The notes: generated from the sequence alone by a model not told the origin. 64,000 bases of DNA from Nannocystis bainbridge (GCF_028368995.1 NZ_JAQNDL010000004.1:256001-320000), one strand, 5' to 3'. Shown: positions 1 through 9,606, counted from the first letter of the stretch. Numbers and translations: made by a program.

Positions 1-746
1 CTGGCGCGGGCCAGCGGGCCGGCGCGCTGCTCGGGCGGGCGAGCGTCGGCCTCGGCCTCGAGCGCGCGCAGCATCAGCTCGGCGTTGCCGGCCGCCTCGG
101 CGACGCGGAACAGGTCTTGAATGAGGAGGAGGTTGCCGGGCTGCTCCTCGCCGGCGGCGATCAGCAGCGCGGCGGCGAGGTTGAGGTCGCCGCCCTGGCG
201 GGTCTCGAGCACGGCGAGGTCGCGCGCGACGGCGGCGACGGCCCGCGGGTCGTGGAGGACCTCGAGCTGGGCCTCGAGGTTGGCGACCAGGGCCATGAGG
301 TTGCCCTGCACGAGGGTGACGGCCTCGACCGAGCGCAGCACCGCGAGGTCCTTCGGGGTGGCGCGCAGGGCGGCCTGGTAACACTGCAAGGCGGCGGCGC
401 GATCCTTGAAGTGGGTCTCGACCAGCTGACCTCGCTCGCGGTAGAGCGCGGCCGCCTCGCGCGGGTGGCGAGTGGCGCGGATCTCGAGGTCGAGGTAGCG
501 GACGGAGTTGCGGATGTCGCCACGCCGGAGAAAGATCCGGTAGAGGAGGCGCATCGCCGGCCGCAGGTCCGGCACCAGCTCCAAGGCGTGGGCGAGCAGG
601 CGCTGGGCCTCGCCGTCCTCGCCGCGCACGACACACCAGCGCGCACACGTGACGGCGACCACGGCCCGGAGTTGCGGCTCACTCGTCGGTGTCCGCGACA
701 GCACCTGCAACATCTCGAGCAGGGGCATCTCGGCGGTTTCGGGCAT
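1..746 (-). CDS. TPR-repeat protein, N-terminal part (runs off window edge)
   Basis: Manually translated minus frame from ATG at 746 (MPETAEMPLLEMLQ...AAALYRERGQLVETHFKDRAAALQCYQAALRATPKD...) is open to position 1 with TPR-like helical pattern; not in ORF track because truncated. Confidence 0.75.
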   Translation of the reverse strand, partial: MPETAEMPLLEMLQVLSRTPTSEPQLRAVVAVTCARWCVVRGEDGEAQRLLAHALELVPDLRPAMRLLYRIFLRRGDIRNSVRYLDLEIRATRHPREAAALYRERGQLVETHFKDRAAALQCYQAALRATPKDLAVLRSVEAVTLVQGNLMALVANLEAQLEVLHDPRAVAAVARDLAVLETRQGGDLNLAAALLIAAGEEQPGNLLLIQDLFRVAEAAGNAELMLRALEAEADARPPEQRAGPLARA

Positions 747-788
747 CGCTCGGGCGGCAGTCTACACCGGGGCGCGCGGCCGGAATAC

Positions 789-1445
789 CTAGGACAGGGC
801 GTGGGAATAATCGCCGAGCGTGTAGGTGTGGGGCTCAGACCCGCCCTGCGCCCGCCGCTGCGCCAAAAGATCGACGATGAGGGCGATCGTCTCGAAGCGG
901 GTGGTCAGGGTGTAAAATTGATCCTCGGGGACCGGCGGGACCGCGATCAGCCGCTCCTCGATGAAAGCGGCGTCGCTCGCCCCGTCGGGCTCGGACCCGC
1001 CCCGGATGTCGAGGTGCAGGCCGCAGTCGATGTCCTCGTCGTCCGGCTCGCTGCCGAGGATCGCGGACAGCGCGAGCGCGACCGGCGTGAAGTGGAGGTA
1101 GGCGGCCCCGAGCAGCAGGCGGAAGCCTCGCGGATCGCCGGCGCGCCCGACCCACGTGCCGCCGAACTCGCGCCGCACCAGCTCGCCGAAGTACGCCCCG
1201 GCCGAGGCGGCCAGGAGATCGAGGATCGGCGCCCGCGTCTCGCTGCGGGCCAGCGAGAGGTAGTGATCGAGGAAGGCGAGCGAGGTGACGGAGCCGTCGA
1301 GCTCGACGCCGAGAGCGCGCTTGACCTGGTCGCGCAGCTGTCGTTCGAGATCGCCCACGGCGGCGTCGAGCGCGGCGGCGTCGGGGCCGGCGGTCCGGGG
1401 GGTCGCGTCCGGTGGGACCGGTGGGGTCGAAGGCGTGTCGGTCAT
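789..1445 (-). CDS. hypothetical protein
   Basis: 218 aa ORF with GC3-biased codons and globular composition (LDGSVTSLAFLDHYL...GAYFGELVRREFGGTW). Confidence 0.75.
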   Translation of the reverse strand: MTDTPSTPPVPPDATPRTAGPDAAALDAAVGDLERQLRDQVKRALGVELDGSVTSLAFLDHYLSLARSETRAPILDLLAASAGAYFGELVRREFGGTWVGRAGDPRGFRLLLGAAYLHFTPVALALSAILGSEPDDEDIDCGLHLDIRGGSEPDGASDAAFIEERLIAVPPVPEDQFYTLTTRFETIALIVDLLAQRRAQGGSEPHTYTLGDYSHALS

Positions 1446-1482
1446 CGGCGCGGCAGCTTTACACCGTCCGCGGGCGGACGCT

Positions 1483-4400
1483 ATGGTCGCGCGAGTGTCG
1501 AATCAAGGCGACTGGAGCTGGTCCGAAGAGGCCCTCTATGCGTGCCCGTGCGGCTCGCTGGTGGTGGCCCGAAGGTGGCGCTGGCTCGATCGTCAGGCAC
1601 GGCCCGAGCTGGTGGCGACGCTGCGGGCCAGCGGCCCCCTCGTGGGCGCGTGTTCGCGCTGCCGCCGCCCGGCGACCGGCGGCGGGGCGTGGCTCGAGGT
1701 CGACGCGGATCGCGGGGCCGCGACGCTGGTGCTCAGCGCCGATCGCCGCGGAGATCTGATCGCCGCGCTGCAGGCCCACCTGGTCGCGCTGCAGGCCCGG
1801 CCCGAGCAGGCGGCGCCGTGGCTGCTGCAGCCGGAGGTCGCGTTCGTGCCGGTGCCGCCGCCGTGGGCCGAGGAGGCCGGCGAGGCGGCGCCCGAGCTGT
1901 CGCCGTGGCCGGGCCCGGCGCTCGGCTCGCGGGCCCAGGACTCGGGCGTGCGGGTCAGCGAGCCGGCCCGCCTCGGCGACGAGCCGGCTGGCGCGGGGGC
2001 CAGGGCGGAAGAGACAGGTGCGAAGGGGCATGTCCCCGGGGCCAGGGCCGAAGAGCCAGGTTCGAAGGGACATGTCCCGGTGGCCAGGAGCGCAGGCTCC
2101 GGCGAGGCGCCGCGGGGCGCGGGCTCGGGGCCGAGCGAGGCGGCGCGGGGCGACGCAGTGCAGGCGCGGCGGCGCGAGGGCTCGGGCGCGGTGACGGCCG
2201 CGGGCCGCCGGCGCGAGGGCTCCGACCCGGCCGCGGCGGCCCAGGCGCGGCGGCGCGAGGGCTCCGACCCGGCCGCGGCGGCGCAGGCGCGGCGGCGCGA
2301 GGCTTCGGGGCCGAGCGAGGCGGCCCAGGCGCGGCTGCGCGAGGGCTCCGGGCCGAGCGAGGCCGAGGCCCGGGCGGTCCGGGCCAGCCGCGGCAACAGT
2401 GAGTCGGCGCTGCAGGACACGTTCCCGGGCCGTCGGCGCGGGCGCTCGGCCGAGGACGTCGGGCTCGAGGAGCAGGGCAGCCTGGTGTCGGCGGCGCGGC
2501 GCTCGTTCGAGGCCAGCGGCCAGGGCAAGCCGGGCGAGCCGGGCGGGCGGCGGCCGGGGGCGGTGCTCGAAGGGACAGGTACGAACGGACAGGACGCTTC
2601 GGCCATGTCCTCCGGGGCAGGTCGGCGCGACGAGCCGGGCGGCGGGCGGCGAGCCGACGCGGCCGCGGCGGGCCCCGGGGAGGCCGGTGGCGCCGGTCGG
2701 CGCGCGGGCGCGGAGGCGCGGCCCGAGGCGGCCGGCGCGAGCGGGCAGGACGCCGCGGGGCAGGCCGCGGGTCGGCGGCCGGCGGCGGTGCTCGAGCCCG
2801 GCGACGCGGTCCGGCGGCCGGGGGCGGTGCTGGAAGGTACAGGTTCGAACGGACAGGACGCTTCGGCCATGTCCGCAGGGACAGGTCGGCCGGGCGACGC
2901 GGTCCGGCGGCCGGCCGCGGTGATCGAGCCGGGCGACGCGGTCCGGCGGCCCGGGGCGGTGCTCGAGCCGGGCGACGCGGGGTCGCGCCGGGGCTTGCCC
3001 GAAGGGACAGGTTCGAACGGACAGGATGCTTCGGCCATGTCCTCCGGGGCAGGTCGGCGGCCGGGCGCGGTGCTGGAGCCCGGCGACGCGGCGCGGCGGC
3101 CGGGGCTCGAGGGCGCGAGCGGGCCGGACGCAGCGGCCTCCGGCCGGCGGCCCACGGTGGCGCTGGAGCCCGGCGACGGGGTCCGGCGGCCGGGGGCGGT
3201 GCTGGAGCCCGGCGAGGCGAACCGGCGGCCCGGGCTGAGCGAAGGGACAGGTGCAAACGGACAGGATGCTTCGGGCATGTCCTCAGGGCCAGGTCACCGC
3301 GCCGACGAGGGCGCGCGGCGGCCGGGGGCGGTGCTCGAGGGCCCGGGCGAGGGCGGCGCGCGGGCGATCGAGGATGCGACGACGCGGCGACCCGGGGCGG
3401 TGCTCGAAGGGACAGGTGCGAACCGACAGGAACCCGCGGCCATGTCCGCAGGGACAGGTCGGCGCGACGATCCGGGCGGCCGACGGGGGCCCGAGCCGGG
3501 CGCCGAGGGCGACCCGGAGCGGTCGGCCCTGCGCGCGGCGGTGGCCCGGGCGTTGACGCCGGCGGCGCCGCCGGAGAGCGGGCCGCCTCGGCCAGCGGCG
3601 GTGCTGCCAGGGCCGGCGGAGGCGAGCGCGGCCGAGAGCAGCGGGACGTGGTCGCGGCGCCAGGTCGAGGCGGCCGACGCGGCGGCCCGGCGCAACCTCG
3701 AGGGCAGCGACAGCCGGCAGGTCAGCGAGGCGGCGATCACCGGGACCTGGCCCAAGCGCCAGATCCTCGAGGGCCCGGCCGACAGCGGGCCGGGCTGGCG
3801 CCGCGAGGAGGAGCCGCGCACGGGGCGACCGAGCCGCGCCCCGGCGCCGCCGCCGGTGCGCCTCGGGGCCGATGTCCAGCGGACCGCGCTGGGCAGCCTC
3901 GGTCGCGACGGCGGGGTTGTGCAGCTGACGGCCAACGTCAACGAGGCGACGGCGCGGGTGTGGGCGACGGCGCCGGTCAAGGTCCGGCCGATCCACCTGC
4001 GCGGGCTCGGCTATCCGCTGGTTGGCGTGCGCGCGGTGGCCGAGGCCGGCGGCGAGCCGCTGGTGATCGACGCGGTGGTCGATGTCGGCGAGCCGATGAC
4101 GCTCGACCTCTTCAAGCAGCTGACCCGCGAGTTCAAGATCCGCCTGGCGCTGCCCGGCACGCATCGCGAGCTGGTGGCGCCGGAGCTGCAACGCAACGCG
4201 GCGTCGTGCCTCGAGAGCGCGCAAGCGCAGCTCGGCACCGGCGAGTTCCCGCCCGACGCGTACCGCACGGCCCGCGAGCTGCTGACCGGGCAGAGCGCGG
4301 CGCAGCGGCTCGAGCCGGCCCGCACGCCGATCGGCGAGTCGCTGGCCGAGACCAGCCGCGAGTCGGCGGCGGCGGCGTGGCTGGCGCTCGAGCGGCTCGA

Positions 4401-5505
4401 CCAGGGATCGCGCAAGGACAACCTGGGGCGTCTGCTCGAGGTCGACGGGCTGGGGGTCGAGACGTACGAGAAGATCCGCTCGACCGTGCTCGGCGCGGCG
4501 ATCGAATTCGGGCTGCCGGCCCCGGCCCGCTTCTGGCGCCGCTGGCTCGGCTCCGACCAGGCGCGCGACGTGGGGACCTTCGTGCAGAAGCTCATCGCAG
4601 CGCGCACGGCGTCGATCGCCCGCGGGGAGGACCTCGACGCCGACCAGGCCGAGGCCGCCTGGCGCGGGATCCTCGACCTGTGCCAGCACAAGAACCTGAC
4701 CCCGCCGCCGGAGCTGTCCAAGGCGCTCGGGCTCGGCAAGGTGACGACCGGCCGGCGCGCCAGCCAGCCGCAGATCAAGGCGGCGGCCGAGGTCCGGGAG
4801 GCGGCGCCGGTGCAGGAGGCGCGGTCGCAGGCCCGTCTGCGCGAGCTGACGGCCCGCCTGCGCGGCGCCCCGGCGGACAGCGATGTCCGGGCGGTGGTCG
4901 GCAGCTTGCCGGAATTGGCCGAAGCCGACGTCGCCAGTCTGATGCCGGTGCTGGCGGAGCTCGGTCCGCGCATCGGGCCGGAGCTGCTGGCCTGCCTGCG
5001 GGCGCCGCAGAGGCACGTGCGCCAGGCGGCGGCGATCCTGCTGGGCCACCTCGGCGAGCGCAAGGCCGAGGGTCCGCTGGTGACGATGCTCGGCGACGAA
5101 CCCAGCGGCGGGTGGGTCGATGCGGCCCGCGCGCTCGGCAACCTGGGGCCGCGGGTGGTCGGGCCGCTGTGCAACCTGCTCCGGAGCACCCCGAGCGGCC
5201 GCAAAGAGGCGGTCGGGGCGCGGGTCGCCCGCGCGCTGGCGGAGCTGATCAAGGCCGAGGGCGCGGGGCCGGGCGGGTCGGGCCGGGTCGCGGTCGAGAA
5301 TTTGCTGGAGGTCGCCGACCCGTCGGTATCCTCCGCGGCCCGCCGTGCGCTTGCTACACTGGGCGCCGTGCGGGACGAGGTCGACGGCGAAGAGGCCGAG
5401 GCGTCACGCCGGTTCTCTCGGCTGGCGTCCGACGCGATCGCGCCGGAGCTCGACGCCGCCGAGGACGACGAGGTCGACGAAGTCGAAGTGGAAGTCGGGG
5501 ACTGA
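1483..5505 (+). CDS. large protein: N-terminal Cys-motif (CpXC-like zinc ribbon) domain, low-complexity repeat region, C-terminal HEAT-like repeats
   Basis: CPCG...CSRC near N-terminus; VRQAAAILLGHLG, DAARALGNLG, AARRALATLG HEAT-like helices; acidic tail; start taken at ATG 1483 to avoid overlap with the divergent gene; TGATG coupling to next gene. Confidence 0.75.
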   Translation: MVARVSNQGDWSWSEEALYACPCGSLVVARRWRWLDRQARPELVATLRASGPLVGACSRCRRPATGGGAWLEVDADRGAATLVLSADRRGDLIAALQAHLVALQARPEQAAPWLLQPEVAFVPVPPPWAEEAGEAAPELSPWPGPALGSRAQDSGVRVSEPARLGDEPAGAGARAEETGAKGHVPGARAEEPGSKGHVPVARSAGSGEAPRGAGSGPSEAARGDAVQARRREGSGAVTAAGRRREGSDPAAAAQARRREGSDPAAAAQARRREASGPSEAAQARLREGSGPSEAEARAVRASRGNSESALQDTFPGRRRGRSAEDVGLEEQGSLVSAARRSFEASGQGKPGEPGGRRPGAVLEGTGTNGQDASAMSSGAGRRDEPGGGRRADAAAAGPGEAGGAGRRAGAEARPEAAGASGQDAAGQAAGRRPAAVLEPGDAVRRPGAVLEGTGSNGQDASAMSAGTGRPGDAVRRPAAVIEPGDAVRRPGAVLEPGDAGSRRGLPEGTGSNGQDASAMSSGAGRRPGAVLEPGDAARRPGLEGASGPDAAASGRRPTVALEPGDGVRRPGAVLEPGEANRRPGLSEGTGANGQDASGMSSGPGHRADEGARRPGAVLEGPGEGGARAIEDATTRRPGAVLEGTGANRQEPAAMSAGTGRRDDPGGRRGPEPGAEGDPERSALRAAVARALTPAAPPESGPPRPAAVLPGPAEASAAESSGTWSRRQVEAADAAARRNLEGSDSRQVSEAAITGTWPKRQILEGPADSGPGWRREEEPRTGRPSRAPAPPPVRLGADVQRTALGSLGRDGGVVQLTANVNEATARVWATAPVKVRPIHLRGLGYPLVGVRAVAEAGGEPLVIDAVVDVGEPMTLDLFKQLTREFKIRLALPGTHRELVAPELQRNAASCLESAQAQLGTGEFPPDAYRTARELLTGQSAAQRLEPARTPIGESLAETSRESAAAAWLALERLDQGSRKDNLGRLLEVDGLGVETYEKIRSTVLGAAIEFGLPAPARFWRRWLGSDQARDVGTFVQKLIAARTASIARGEDLDADQAEAAWRGILDLCQHKNLTPPPELSKALGLGKVTTGRRASQPQIKAAAEVREAAPVQEARSQARLRELTARLRGAPADSDVRAVVGSLPELAEADVASLMPVLAELGPRIGPELLACLRAPQRHVRQAAAILLGHLGERKAEGPLVTMLGDEPSGGWVDAARALGNLGPRVVGPLCNLLRSTPSGRKEAVGARVARALAELIKAEGAGPGGSGRVAVENLLEVADPSVSSAARRALATLGAVRDEVDGEEAEASRRFSRLASDAIAPELDAAEDDEVDEVEVEVGD
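2001..2088. repeat. 14-bp-phased GGACA(T/G)G array, 7 units, inside CDS
   Basis: CAGG/CATG cores at 2001, 2015, 2029, 2043, 2057, 2071, 2085. Confidence 0.85.
2158..2362 (+). repeat. in-frame ~39-nt tandem repeat (13-aa unit AQARRREGSDPAA)
   Basis: About five degenerate copies of gcaggcgcggcggcgcgagggctccgacccggccgcggc. Confidence 0.8.
2569..3462 (+). repeat. five copies of a ~56-nt block (EGTGxNGQDASAMSxGxG), each made of four 14-bp-phased units, interspersed with RRPGAVLEPGD repeats
   Basis: Blocks with first cores at 2576, 2840, 3008, 3248, 3413; cores at +14, +28, +42 in each. Confidence 0.85.
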
Positions 5506-6239
5506 TGCGCTACGGGATCTTCAGTGATGTCCACGCCAACCTGGATGCCCTCGAGGCGGTCCTCCGCTCGTTCGAACGCGAGAAGATCGACGCGCTGGTG
5601 TGCCTCGGCGACACCGTCGGGTACGGCTCGCAGCCGAACGACTGCTGCGACATCGTCAAGCGCGTCACTCGCTACACGATCCTCGGCAACCACGACGCGG
5701 CGGTCGCCGGCCGCATGGACTACAGCTACTACTACGACGCGGCCCGCGAGGCGCTCGACTGGCACTCGCGCCAGCTGACCGCCGAGAACATGGGCTGGCT
5801 GCGCAAGCTCAACTACTTCGAGCGCGACGGGGCGACCCACTTCTGCCACGGCTCGCCGGTCGACCTCGAGGAGTTCGAGTACATCTTCAGCGTCGAGCAG
5901 GCGGCCACGTGCATCCCGATCTGGGACAGCCTCGGCCAGATCACTTTCATCGGCCACTCGCACCTGTGCAAGGCGTTCGCCATCGGCCGCGAGCGCGTGT
6001 ACGAGGTGGTGACCAAGGAATTCGAGATCCACCCCGAGTTCCGCTACATCGTCTCGGTCGGCTCGGTCGGCCAGCCCCGCGACCACGACCCGCGCGCGAG
6101 CTACACGATCTACGACTCGGGCCGCGGCAAGTTCGAGTTCAAGCGCGTCGAGTACGATGTCGGCGCGGCGGCGCGGAAGATCTTCAACGACGCCCGCCTG
6201 TCCGACAGCTTCGGCGCGCGGCTGTTCGCCGGGGTGTGA
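5505..6239 (+). CDS. metallophosphoesterase (calcineurin-like phosphoesterase family)
   Basis: SDVHAN, LGDTVGYG, GNHD, HGSP, GHSH, GSVGQPRD motifs; ATG overlaps upstream TGA. Confidence 0.93.
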   Translation: MRYGIFSDVHANLDALEAVLRSFEREKIDALVCLGDTVGYGSQPNDCCDIVKRVTRYTILGNHDAAVAGRMDYSYYYDAAREALDWHSRQLTAENMGWLRKLNYFERDGATHFCHGSPVDLEEFEYIFSVEQAATCIPIWDSLGQITFIGHSHLCKAFAIGRERVYEVVTKEFEIHPEFRYIVSVGSVGQPRDHDPRASYTIYDSGRGKFEFKRVEYDVGAAARKIFNDARLSDSFGARLFAGV

Positions 6240-6305
6240 GGCTGTCCCCGCGGACATGTCCGCGGGGTCATGTGTGAGCGCTCGCGCCGCGCGGGCCGCC
6301 CGCGC

Positions 6306-6728
6306 TCAGTCGTCGTCGTTCGTGCCGCAGGGCTTCAGCGCGGCCTCGACGTCCGCCGGCAGCCTCGGGCACGCGTCGGGCCGGAGGAGCGGCTGGCAGC
6401 CCTCCCACGAGTCGGCTTCGTCGCAGACGAGCATGTCCTCGAGGCAGTCGTTGTACTCGCGGTGCTGGTCGACGAAGCACTCGAGCGACTTCTTGGAGGC
6501 CTTCTTGTCGACGGCGAGGGCGTCCTCGAGGCACTCGCGGTCGAACGGGCTGAGGAAGGAGCCGAACTGCGCCTCGCAGGCGGCGCGGTCGGGGAACACG
6601 TTGGTGCAGTCGCAGATGAGGTCGATCGACTTCTCCGACTCGGCGTCCATCTGGTTCAGCAGGGAGTTGACCGAACAGCCGGGGGCGAGCGCGACGAACA
6701 GGGCGAGCGTGGAGGCGCGGCGCTTCAT
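6306..6728 (-). CDS. Cys-rich lipoprotein
   Basis: MKRRASTLALFVALAPGC lipobox; about 10 Cys in mature part. Confidence 0.8.
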   Translation of the reverse strand: MKRRASTLALFVALAPGCSVNSLLNQMDAESEKSIDLICDCTNVFPDRAACEAQFGSFLSPFDRECLEDALAVDKKASKKSLECFVDQHREYNDCLEDMLVCDEADSWEGCQPLLRPDACPRLPADVEAALKPCGTNDDD

Positions 6729-6814
6729 GCCGGCATGGTAGGCGACGGGACCGGGCGATGGCGCGCCCTCGCGGGCCGACGCGGCGGGCCCGGGCTTGTT
6801 AGGCTGGACGGCGC

Positions 6815-7273
6815 ATGGGCAGCTACCGCCTGACCTGGCGGCCACTCGCGGGCGGCCACCTCGCCATCGGTCACAAGCCAGGACGCGACCTGCGACAGGC
6901 GCTGGCGGAGACCGGCTGCACGCACGTGCTGAGCCTGCTGGCCGACCACGAGGCGGGCGTGCCGGCGAGCGGGGTGCAACTGCGGCTGCCGCTGGCCTCG
7001 GCCGAGCCGCCAGGGCCGGAGCGCAGCGCGGAGGTGCGGGCCTGCTTCGCCGAATTGCAGGGGCTGCTGGCCGGCGGGGCGAAGATCTACGTCCACTGCT
7101 CGGCCGGGCTGCACCGCACGGGCATGGTGGCGCACGGGTTGCTGCGCTACCTGGGCCTGGGGCCCGCGGAGGCGCTGGCGCGCCTGGGGGAGCTGCGCGA
7201 GGCGACGGCGCAGGCGGCCACGGAGCCACGGCTGCGCTGGGGCGAGCAGTTCGCGGCGGACGAGCCGGGCTGA
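6815..7273 (+). CDS. protein-tyrosine/dual-specificity phosphatase
   Basis: P-loop HCSAGLHRTG (CX5R). Confidence 0.88.
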   Translation: MGSYRLTWRPLAGGHLAIGHKPGRDLRQALAETGCTHVLSLLADHEAGVPASGVQLRLPLASAEPPGPERSAEVRACFAELQGLLAGGAKIYVHCSAGLHRTGMVAHGLLRYLGLGPAEALARLGELREATAQAATEPRLRWGEQFAADEPG

Positions 7274-7451
7274 GGCGGGGTCGAGCGCCTCGCGGACGTG
7301 GGCGCGAGGGCTCGCGGCAGGCTGAGCACGCCGCCATGTCGGCGATGTCGAGGCGCCTGCCAGATAACGGACGCAGGCGAGGCGTGAAGTCCGACCGTCG
7401 GCGGACCGGCGTCGAGCGGCTTCGCGGGCTGCGATATCGTGGTGACCGATC

Positions 7452-7530
7452 GGGCATGTCTTCGGCGACATGCTCGTGAGGACATGCGCATACGGACATG
7501 TCAAAGAGGGCATGTCCCTGCGGACATGCT
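7452..7530. repeat. intergenic 14-bp-phased GGACATG(TCC) array, 6 units
   Basis: CATG at 7455, 7469, 7483, 7497, 7511, 7525 between convergent genes. Confidence 0.9.
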
Positions 7531-7535
7531 CGCGC

Positions 7536-8402
7536 TCACGCGTCGCCGAGGTTGAGCGGAATCTTCAAAAAGCTGCGGCCGCTCGGGCCCGGGCTCGGCA
7601 GGCGGCCGCCGGCGATGTTGACCTGGACGCTGGGGTAGAGCAGCTTGGGGGCGTCGAGGGTGGCGTCGCGGGCGGTGCGGAAGGCGACGAAGTCGTCCTC
7701 CTCGCGGCCGGCGGGCAGCTGGATGTTGTCGGCCTTTTGCTCGCCGACGGTGGTCTGCCAGGCGAGCGGGCGGCCGCCGGGCTGGTAGTCGTGGCACACG
7801 AACATGCGCGTGACGTCGGGGAGGGCGTAGAGGCGGCCGGTGATCGAGCGCCACAGGGCGCGCGCGCTGCCGGCCGGGAAGTCGCAGCGGCCGGCGCCGT
7901 AGTCGGGCATGAACATGGCGTCGCCGACGAACACGGCGTCGCCGATCCGGTAGCTCATGCAGGCGGGGGTGTGGCCGGGCGTGGCGATGGCCTCGACCTG
8001 GAGGGCGCCGACGGCGAAGCGCTCGCCGTCGCCGAGCAGGCGGTCGAACTGGCTGCCGTCGACGGGGAACCCGGGGCCGAGATCGTAGATGTCGCGGAAG
8101 ACGGCCTGGACCTCGGTGATGGCGGCGCCGATCGCCAGCGGGACGCCCGGGAACCGCCGCTTCAGCACCTGCGAGCCCGACAGGTGGTCGGCGTGGGCAT
8201 GCGTCTCGAGCAGCATGCCGAGCCGCAGATCGAGGGCGCGGATCCGGGTGGCGATCGCGGTGACCGACTCCTCCCACACCTTCGAGCCGACCGGCTCGTA
8301 GTCGAGGACGGGATCGATGACGAGGGCGTCGCGCGTGCGCGGGTCGTACACCAGGTACGAGAGGGTGTTGGTGCGAGCGTCGTAGAAGTGCTCGATCTTC
8401 AT
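7536..8402 (-). CDS. MBL-fold persulfide dioxygenase (ETHE1/Blh-like)
   Basis: [42 protein letters not shown] motifs; adjacent to YeeE/YedE genes. Confidence 0.9.
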   Translation of the reverse strand: MKIEHFYDARTNTLSYLVYDPRTRDALVIDPVLDYEPVGSKVWEESVTAIATRIRALDLRLGMLLETHAHADHLSGSQVLKRRFPGVPLAIGAAITEVQAVFRDIYDLGPGFPVDGSQFDRLLGDGERFAVGALQVEAIATPGHTPACMSYRIGDAVFVGDAMFMPDYGAGRCDFPAGSARALWRSITGRLYALPDVTRMFVCHDYQPGGRPLAWQTTVGEQKADNIQLPAGREEDDFVAFRTARDATLDAPKLLYPSVQVNIAGGRLPSPGPSGRSFLKIPLNLGDA

Positions 8403-8815
8403 GGCGAGGGCGCCTCCACGCGGGTGAAGAGGAACATGCCGGCGAGCATGGCGGCGACGAACAGGGCGAGGTCGCCGCTGCCGCCGGCGAGGCCGACGAG
8501 GGCCGGGCCGGGGCACAGGCCGACGAGGCCCCAGCCGAGGCCGAACAGGGCGGCGCCGGCGAGCAGCGAGCGGTCGACGCGGCTGCGCTGCGGCAGGTGA
8601 AAGCGCGGGGCCAGGAGCGGTCGCCCGCGGCGGAGCACGAGCGGGGCGGCGAGCATGTAGAGGCCGGCGGCGCCGCCGAGCACGAGCATCAAAGCGGGGT
8701 CCCAGGCGCCGGCGAGGTCGAGGAAGGCGAGCACGTTTTCGGGCCGCGTCATGCCGGCGAGGCCGAGGCCGAGCGCGAACACGAGGCCCGAGAGCAGCGC
8801 GACGAGGACGGTCAT
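8399..8815 (-). CDS. YeeE/YedE family sulfur transport membrane protein
   Basis: [13 protein letters not shown]...[18 protein letters not shown]. Confidence 0.9.
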   Translation of the reverse strand: MTVLVALLSGLVFALGLGLAGMTRPENVLAFLDLAGAWDPALMLVLGGAAGLYMLAAPLVLRRGRPLLAPRFHLPQRSRVDRSLLAGAALFGLGWGLVGLCPGPALVGLAGGSGDLALFVAAMLAGMFLFTRVEAPSP

Positions 8816-8904
8816 GGGATGCCTCCGAGGATCACGGTCGTCCGGAGGATGACGATCGAGCGCGCGGCCTGACCGAAGAGACAGGTGATCGTCCGGGCCG
8901 TCAC
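8812..8904 (-). CDS. putative 30-aa micro-ORF, translationally coupled on both sides
   Basis: GTGA overlap with upstream stop, ATGA overlap with downstream YeeE start, GGAGG before each start; ends ILGGIP. Confidence 0.35.
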   Translation of the reverse strand: MTARTITCLFGQAARSIVILRTTVILGGIP

Positions 8905-9035
8905 CGGATGCCTCCGAAGCCGAACAGGTAGAAGCACAGGGGGCCCGCGAACACGGCGAGCAGGGTGAGGCTCGGGCCCGCGGCGAGAGCGACGGGGACC
9001 ATCAGCAGGCCCGGGAGCAGGAGGACGAGCATCAT
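8901..9035 (-). CDS. putative 44-aa hydrophobic micro-protein
   Basis: [44 protein letters not shown]; TGATG overlap with YeeE stop and GGAGG upstream. Confidence 0.5.
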   Translation of the reverse strand: MMLVLLLPGLLMVPVALAAGPSLTLLAVFAGPLCFYLFGFGGIR

Positions 9036-9466
9036 CACGAGGCACCTCCGAGGACGTGGCGGGTCAGAAAGACGGTGACGAAGGCGACCGTCATGAAGGT
9101 GAGGACGGCGGCGAGCGAGCGCGGCGAGCGGCGGCCGAGGCCGCACACGCCGTGGCCGGAGGTGCAGCCGCCGCCGAGGCGGGCGCCGAAGCCGACCAGC
9201 AGGCCGGCGAGGGCGATGGTGAGGCCGGAGCCGGGCAGGTCTTTGGGCAATGTCTCGGAGGACAGGACCCGAAGGACAGCTCCGCCGGCGAGCAGGCCGA
9301 GCACGAAGGCGAGGCGCCAGGCGAGATCGCCCGCGCGAGGGCGGAGCGCGCCGCCGACGATGCCGCTGACGCCGGCGATCCGGCCGGCGCCGGCGAGCAG
9401 GAGGACCGCGGCGGCGCCGATCATGAGGCCGCCGAGGAGGGCGAGGAGCAGGGGAGAGCTGGCCAT
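9035..9466 (-). CDS. YeeE/YedE family sulfur transport membrane protein
   Basis: GGLMIG, GRIAGVSGI, GGGCTSGHGVCG motifs. Confidence 0.92.
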   Translation of the reverse strand: MASSPLLLALLGGLMIGAAAVLLLAGAGRIAGVSGIVGGALRPRAGDLAWRLAFVLGLLAGGAVLRVLSSETLPKDLPGSGLTIALAGLLVGFGARLGGGCTSGHGVCGLGRRSPRSLAAVLTFMTVAFVTVFLTRHVLGGAS

Positions 9467-9606
9467 GCGTCACGTCGGCGCCGCGGCGCCCGGGCCGACG
9501 TGGGCCCGCCTCCGAGCCTACGCGATGGGGACGCGCGGCCGTGCGTGTCGCACCCGCGACCGGCGTGCGCCGACGCGCGTCGCTCGGCCGGCGAAGATGG
9601 CCTACG

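Noticed and set aside
117-2402. Long ORFs such as 117-2402, 39640-43971, 49313-52150, 24537-27458 and the 5' part of 21379-24666
   Set aside because: Antisense or off-frame shadows of motif-bearing genes; stop codons are rare at this GC content
6252-6261. GGACATGTCC equals a p53 half-site consensus
   Set aside because: Coincidental; bacterial context and no basis for a p53-like factor
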